DNA of 64,000 bases from Chlorokybus atmophyticus (lineage: Eukaryota; Plantae; Mesostigma and Chlorokybus algae). This document shows positions 59,185 through 64,000 of this stretch, one piece after another. The notes below the pieces were generated by a model, which was given only the letters and a program-made list of their open reading frames with translations, searched no databases and was not told the DNA's origin. The stretch is from NCBI GenBank assembly GCA_009103225.1, contig RHPI01002411.1, forward strand, positions 1 to 64,000, given 5' to 3'. Positions within the stretch are counted from its first letter, which is position 1. Each line of letters starts with the position of its first letter. The position numbers were made by a program, and so were the translations under genes.

Positions 59185-62100
59185 CTAGGGTGGTGGTGGT
59201 GGCGGTGGTGGTGGTGAGTGTCTGCTCAAGTAGTAGCCGATCAGGTTATGATAAATGGCTTTGGTGTAGTGTGGGCCCAGGTGCATAACTTCCCGTTGTG
59301 CCGCAGTGAGGTGTGTATATGATCTGTTCGCCATGTTCTGATCAAGCAGAAGCAAAAAGTGAGTGAGGCCCGGCTGCAGAGCACCAAACGCCTCCAAAGT
59401 GTTGGCGTACAAAGGGAGCCCATTCTCCGCTCGCCGTTGATTGATGTCACGGAGGTAATGGTGCGCTGTGTTTCGGATCAAAACACACAGTGCAGCAGGA
59501 TCACTGTCCCAAGTGTCTCGTGTCGCTTGATTGTTCCTCTGCGCCCAGGCATTGCGAGCTTGTATGCAGACCGCAAGCTCTGGAGCCATCAGCTGTTGCA
59601 AACCTTGCAAGTACTGTTGTATGCGCTGGGTAGTCTGTGCTCCTCTTTCGCTCAACGAACGTGCCCGCGCGCCGGGACTTTCAGCCAGGAAGTCCTCCAC
59701 CACAACCCGCATCCACTCATCAACCAGCACGCCTTCCATGCGAATTTGCTGTTTTTCAACGAGCTCCAGGTCATCTTCTAAGTTCGTGACCCGCCTATCA
59801 AGTTGATTGTTCTCCCTTTGCTGTTCAATGATTTTCTCTTGCAGTTCAGCTTCTGGCGGTAGTGCGGACGTGGAAGGAATGTCAGCAGCTCCACCACCTG
59901 GCATTACAGTCTGCAGCATCTGAAGCGTTTCCTCGAGCCTCTGCTGGGTATCTTCGAGCAGCTTCTCTGTATGACTGACACGCTGCATGGCTTGAGCAAC
60001 GTTTTCTTCCGATTCTGCCAGGTCCGCCTGCGCCTTCAGGATTTCCGGGTCGTCCATGGTGGCTGGTCGCTTGCCGTCTTTGATAAGCTTCTTATTGGAC
60101 TTCTGGAGTTTGGCATTTTCCTGACGCAGGCGTTTCACCTCCGCATTCAGGGCGTCTGCTTGCCTGCTTGCCTCTGCTTGCAGCTTGCCCCCAGTCTCTT
60201 GCGTTTGAGAGGCCAGCCGCTGGAGTTGTTTGTTGAGAGACTCCACTCTTGCTTCGAGGCGGTTCTTCTCAGCAGTCAAAGATTCAACCTCTGTTTGCAA
60301 CCTCTCTTGCGCCTGTTGAGAGGCCTTCCCGAGTTTTTCATTAAGAGACTGCACTGCTGCACGGAGCTTCCTCCTGGCCTCCTCGCCTGTGCGCAGGCGC
60401 TCGCGCAGGCTCTCATTGTCCTGCCGTAGGCTGCTCGCCTGCAGCTTCTTCCTGGCCTCCTCGGCTTGGCGCAGGCGCTCACTCAGTTGCAAGTTCTCCT
60501 CTCGTAGGCGGTCCGCCTCTTCACGCACCTGCTGAGCGGAGGACTCCTGCTGCTGCTGCTGGCCGCTGCTCTCCTCCAGCTTCTTCCTGGCCTCCTCGCT
60601 TTGGCGCAGCCGCTCAGTCAGGCTTGCATTGTCCTGTCGTAGACGGTCCGCCTCCTCAAGCGCCTTCTGCTGAGTGGACACCTCCTGCTGCTGCTGGCCG
60701 CCGCTCTCCTGCTGCTTCTTCCTGACCTCCTCAGCTTGGCGCAGGCGCTCACTCAGTTCTGCATTTTCCTTTTGTAGGCGGTCCGCCTCCTCACGCGCCT
60801 GCCGCTGGAGGGAGGCCATTTGCTGAAGCTGGATTTGGAGTTGAGAGGCCTCCTCGGCTTTGCGCGCAGCGTCACGCGCTTGTTGCGAGGCCTCCTCGGC
60901 TTTGCGCAGGCGCTCCTGCAGGCTCTGGATCTCCTCCAAGCGTGCTGCTGCTGATCCTTTGAAGCTGCTCCTCGCCTGCCGTAGGCTCACATTCTCTGTT
61001 TCCAAGCGTTGCCTCTCCGCATTGGTCCACCTCAACTGGTGCTGAAGCGTGTCTTCCTGCTGCTTCCGAATGGAGTCTTGGTGTGACTGCTGACGCTGAA
61101 GTCTTGCATTAAGGGCGTCAACCTCTGCTTGGAGCTTTTGTGCTTGCGCGGAGGGCTGCTGCTGAAGCTAGTCAAGAAGGTTCCACTGCTTTTTCCTGGC
61201 CTCCTCGGCTGTCGCCAACTGCTGTCGTAGGCGGTCCCTGTCAGCAGTGGTGGCAACCAACTCTTGCGCTGCATCCTCACGCTGCAAGGCCAGCACCAAC
61301 TCTTCATCCAACTCGCTGATCCTGTTAAAGGCGGCCTTGACGTCATCTTCAATGCGCTTGCAGCGGGTGAGGTGCTCTTTCAAGGCAGGGCGTTCACCGC
61401 ACAGACGTTCAGCTTCTTTCCTCGCCAGCTCTGAACGCCGAGCATTGATTGCTCCCAGCTCTTGCAAAGTTTGTTGTAGCTGTTGTACGCGCTGGCTGTC
61501 TTCTGCTCTGGCCTGATCTTGCTGTTGCAGCCTTTGTCGCTCAGCATTGGCTGCATCGAGAGCGGCCTGCAGCTGTGGTATGCGCCCCACGGCCTCCTCT
61601 CTTTCCTTCTCCTGCTTTGCAAGAGCCACCTCCAGCTTCTGTATGCGCCCCCCGGCCTCCTCTCTGGCCTTCTTCTCCTGTTGCAGCAACTCTGCATGCT
61701 GTTGGCTAGCCTTGGCTGCTGCTTCAGCAGCGGCTGATAACTCCGCTGCATGGATGCGCTTGACATCAGCGCCGGCGGATGCAACGGCCTGGGTGCTTGT
61801 AGACGCCTCTTCTAAGTGTTGCTGCATCGAAACACCAAGTTAGAGCACAAACACAAAACAGCGGGGTCATAGACCGAAATGGACAGTGCGGCCTGTGACG
61901 CACAAGTAGCCATAGACTGACTAATGCTGACTTTGGCCAAGGGTTACCTGAAGTTGGGGCACTTGCTGTTGGAGGTTCTGGACAAAGCCTTCAACCAACT
62001 TGGCTATGTTGCTGGCATTGGCGACTCCTGAACGTGCAGCAGCGATACCGTCTTCCAACTTCTTACGAGCATCGTCGTCGCCGTCACCGTTGCTGTCATC

Positions 62101-63942
62101 ATCGCTGCTTTCATGATCGCTGGGTTCATCACCACTGCCGTCTCCATGATGATCACCTCCAGCAGGTTCATGATGATCACCTCCAGCAGGTTCATCACGA
62201 CCTCCAGCAGGTTTATCACCTCCAGCAGGTTCATTACCGCTGACATGCTGACCCTCAGCAGCACCTCCTGGAGTCCCTCCACCAGTTTGATGGCCTCGGT
62301 CTATGGCATCCTTCTCTGCGCTTCCTTGTGGTGGCCTGTCCGGAAACACTAGAGGAACTGAACGTCGCCCTGAAACCCCTCCCAATGCTGCAAGTGCAGC
62401 AGCAGCAGCAGCAGCAGAGGCAAGAGCAGTATTAACAGCAGCTTGAGAAGGATTGCTAGAGGTAGCCGCAGCACCAGAAGCAGCACTAGAAGGAGTCGGA
62501 CCAGGAGCTGCAGCAGGAATGGATGGCCAAGGATGGTTGCACTCCCACTTGTTGATGAGGTATGCGCGCAAGGACTTGTAATTCTCAGCCCATCCAAGAT
62601 CCTGAAAATGGATGGTCTTCATCTGCTCTTCCAGCCAAACTTCTCGCTTCTGTTTCCTCCGATTAGCAATGGCGTCGATGCGTAGCCGGCGTGTCTCCCA
62701 CTCCGCCTTGTTGCGTTGCTGCAATTGCTTTTGCTCAGCCTGCCACTGTGCAGTCGTATCTTGGGCGTTTTTAACATTGGTGCGCACGGCAGCTATCTGC
62801 TCCTCAGTCAACCAATGTCGCCTGCTTTCATTCAGACCATTGCGCACCATGGACAAAATGGTCTTCTCGATTCTTGACTGATAATCCTGCTCCTTCAGCC
62901 TGTGCTGATTTGCAGCCCGTGTCACCATGGCGCCCTGAGCGGCAATCTCTTGAAGGCCTTTGCGAATTGTAGTCTCTGCCTTACGGAACACTTCCTTGGT
63001 AAGTTTCTGCGAATCATAACCACCAGTTAGAACACGAATTACACACAACTCATTTACGTTTAATAACACAAACATACCCTCTGTTCTTTCTCTTGTTCTA
63101 TTCTGAAGTCTATCTGTCTTAACAGCAGGAATAGTCTATCTAGCACGCGTGTAAGCTCAGCGCACTTGCTTTTAGCTGAGTCAAATATCCCTTTTAAAAG
63201 GCGTACAGACGCCTCTCTGACAGTGTGACTGACTGTGTCGTTCTGGTGACACAAGTGCAGTCTATGAATGCACAATGACATGTACGACCATGCACTGACG
63301 AAGCGTTCTCAACACTTACATTCTGTCTTTGATTTCGGGCGACTTGTGGTCGTTTCAGCACCCTCCATGTGTAGGCGCCTAAAGATTCACCAGCTTGACG
63401 CGGTGCAGTGCAAGCGGCGAGGTACGCGCCGTCTTCGAGCGCGACGCCATGGCGAGCTGCCATCTCTGTTGCCTCCTTGATAAACTTTTCTCTGGCCGCC
63501 TCGAAAAAGTACTCCATGACCTGAGGTAAGATGGTGATCAGCACATTGTTTGCAATGCTGAATGATAAGGTCATAGACCGCACAGCTCTCACAGATGCAG
63601 TCTATAACAGCAGGAGACAGTGTCTGGCAGAGCAAGTGATGTCTATAGGCATGAGCCACAGGCTGCATATACTCACATGGTCTGTAGGTTGCTCGTCTGG
63701 AGGTGGAGGGAAGGGATCGTATTCCATGAGCAGCTCTTCCCCGGCGGCGATGTCACTCTGACTCCTAACCTCAGCTGCCTGCACCGCAGCCTCATCAACG
63801 GAGTCCATGATGTGGCAGTTGGGTTTGTACTGCGTATCGCGGCTGGAGTTGAGGAAGCCAGCTATGTTCCCATATCGAGGGTGGCCATCGATGACAGGGC
63901 TCTGGCGGCGTGGCACGTCCATGATGACCTGCAGGTGGTATC
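59185..63942 (-). pseudogene. Multi-exon SET / coiled-coil / KEN-like gene, paralog 2
   Basis: SET C-half (IDGHPRYGNIAGFLNS..KPN..GEELLMEYD), intron 63521-63676, helical exons, then 61827-59185 continuous except one TAG at 61168-61170; ends with LCVLIRNTAHHY..F...QPGL. SET is cut by the LTR at 63943. Confidence 0.75.
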
Positions 63943-64000
63943 TGTTGAGAGTATTCCTACATACGATCAGCATCGACCCTCCGCACAGGAGTAGAAGGTC
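63943..64000 (+). mobile_element. Start of another Copia family A LTR inserted in the SET exon
   Basis: TGTTGAGAGTATTCCTACATACGATCAGCATCGACCCTCC matches the family A LTR start. Confidence 0.95.

Larger units (their letters stand above)
55715..64000 (+). mobile_element. Left part of a CACAG-terminal CMC/EnSpm-like DNA transposon
   Basis: 29-bp TIR at 55715-55743, subterminal GGACC/GGTCC array to ~56080, then the transposase. Inclusion of the SET gene is inferred from shared intron motifs. Confidence 0.6.

Noticed and set aside
59185-61827. SMC/myosin/kinesin identity for the coiled coil
   Set aside because: No ATPase or motor motifs; the similarity would be compositional only.

Overview
Eukaryotic, repeat-dense DNA (short GT-AG introns, CAG/TGCA-rich; a green alga or charophyte is my inference). 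Almost the whole window is nested transposable elements. (1) One Ty1/Copia family occurs as a three-LTR tandem (8513-18006, TSD AACGA, one intact 1.3k-aa gag-pol), a 5'-truncated copy (25067-28682), a decayed full copy (44780-49675, TSD CAACA) and an LTR at the right edge; other Copia remnants and solo LTRs are present. (2) Two sister Ty3/Gypsy elements; the minus-strand one has the pol order protease-C5 DNA methyltransferase-RT-RNaseH-integrase-PHD finger. (3) A 9.47-kb DNA transposon (34515-43981, 35-bp imperfect TIR, TSD AGG) with an apparently intact 7-exon ~1810-aa Academ-type transposase (XPG/PIN nuclease plus Cys-rich finger). (4) Ends of a CACAG-terminal element, with a degenerate EnSpm/CACTA-type transposase. 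(5) The most novel-looking signal: two diverged, multi-exon, now disrupted paralogous genes encoding SET domain - helical region - long coiled coil - C-terminal Ire1/RNase L KEN-like motif, apparently carried as cargo by CAC-terminal DNA transposons. All domain calls are by eye from motifs; no searches were run. An N gap (9885-10383) and single-N joins make 9313-10383 unreliable.
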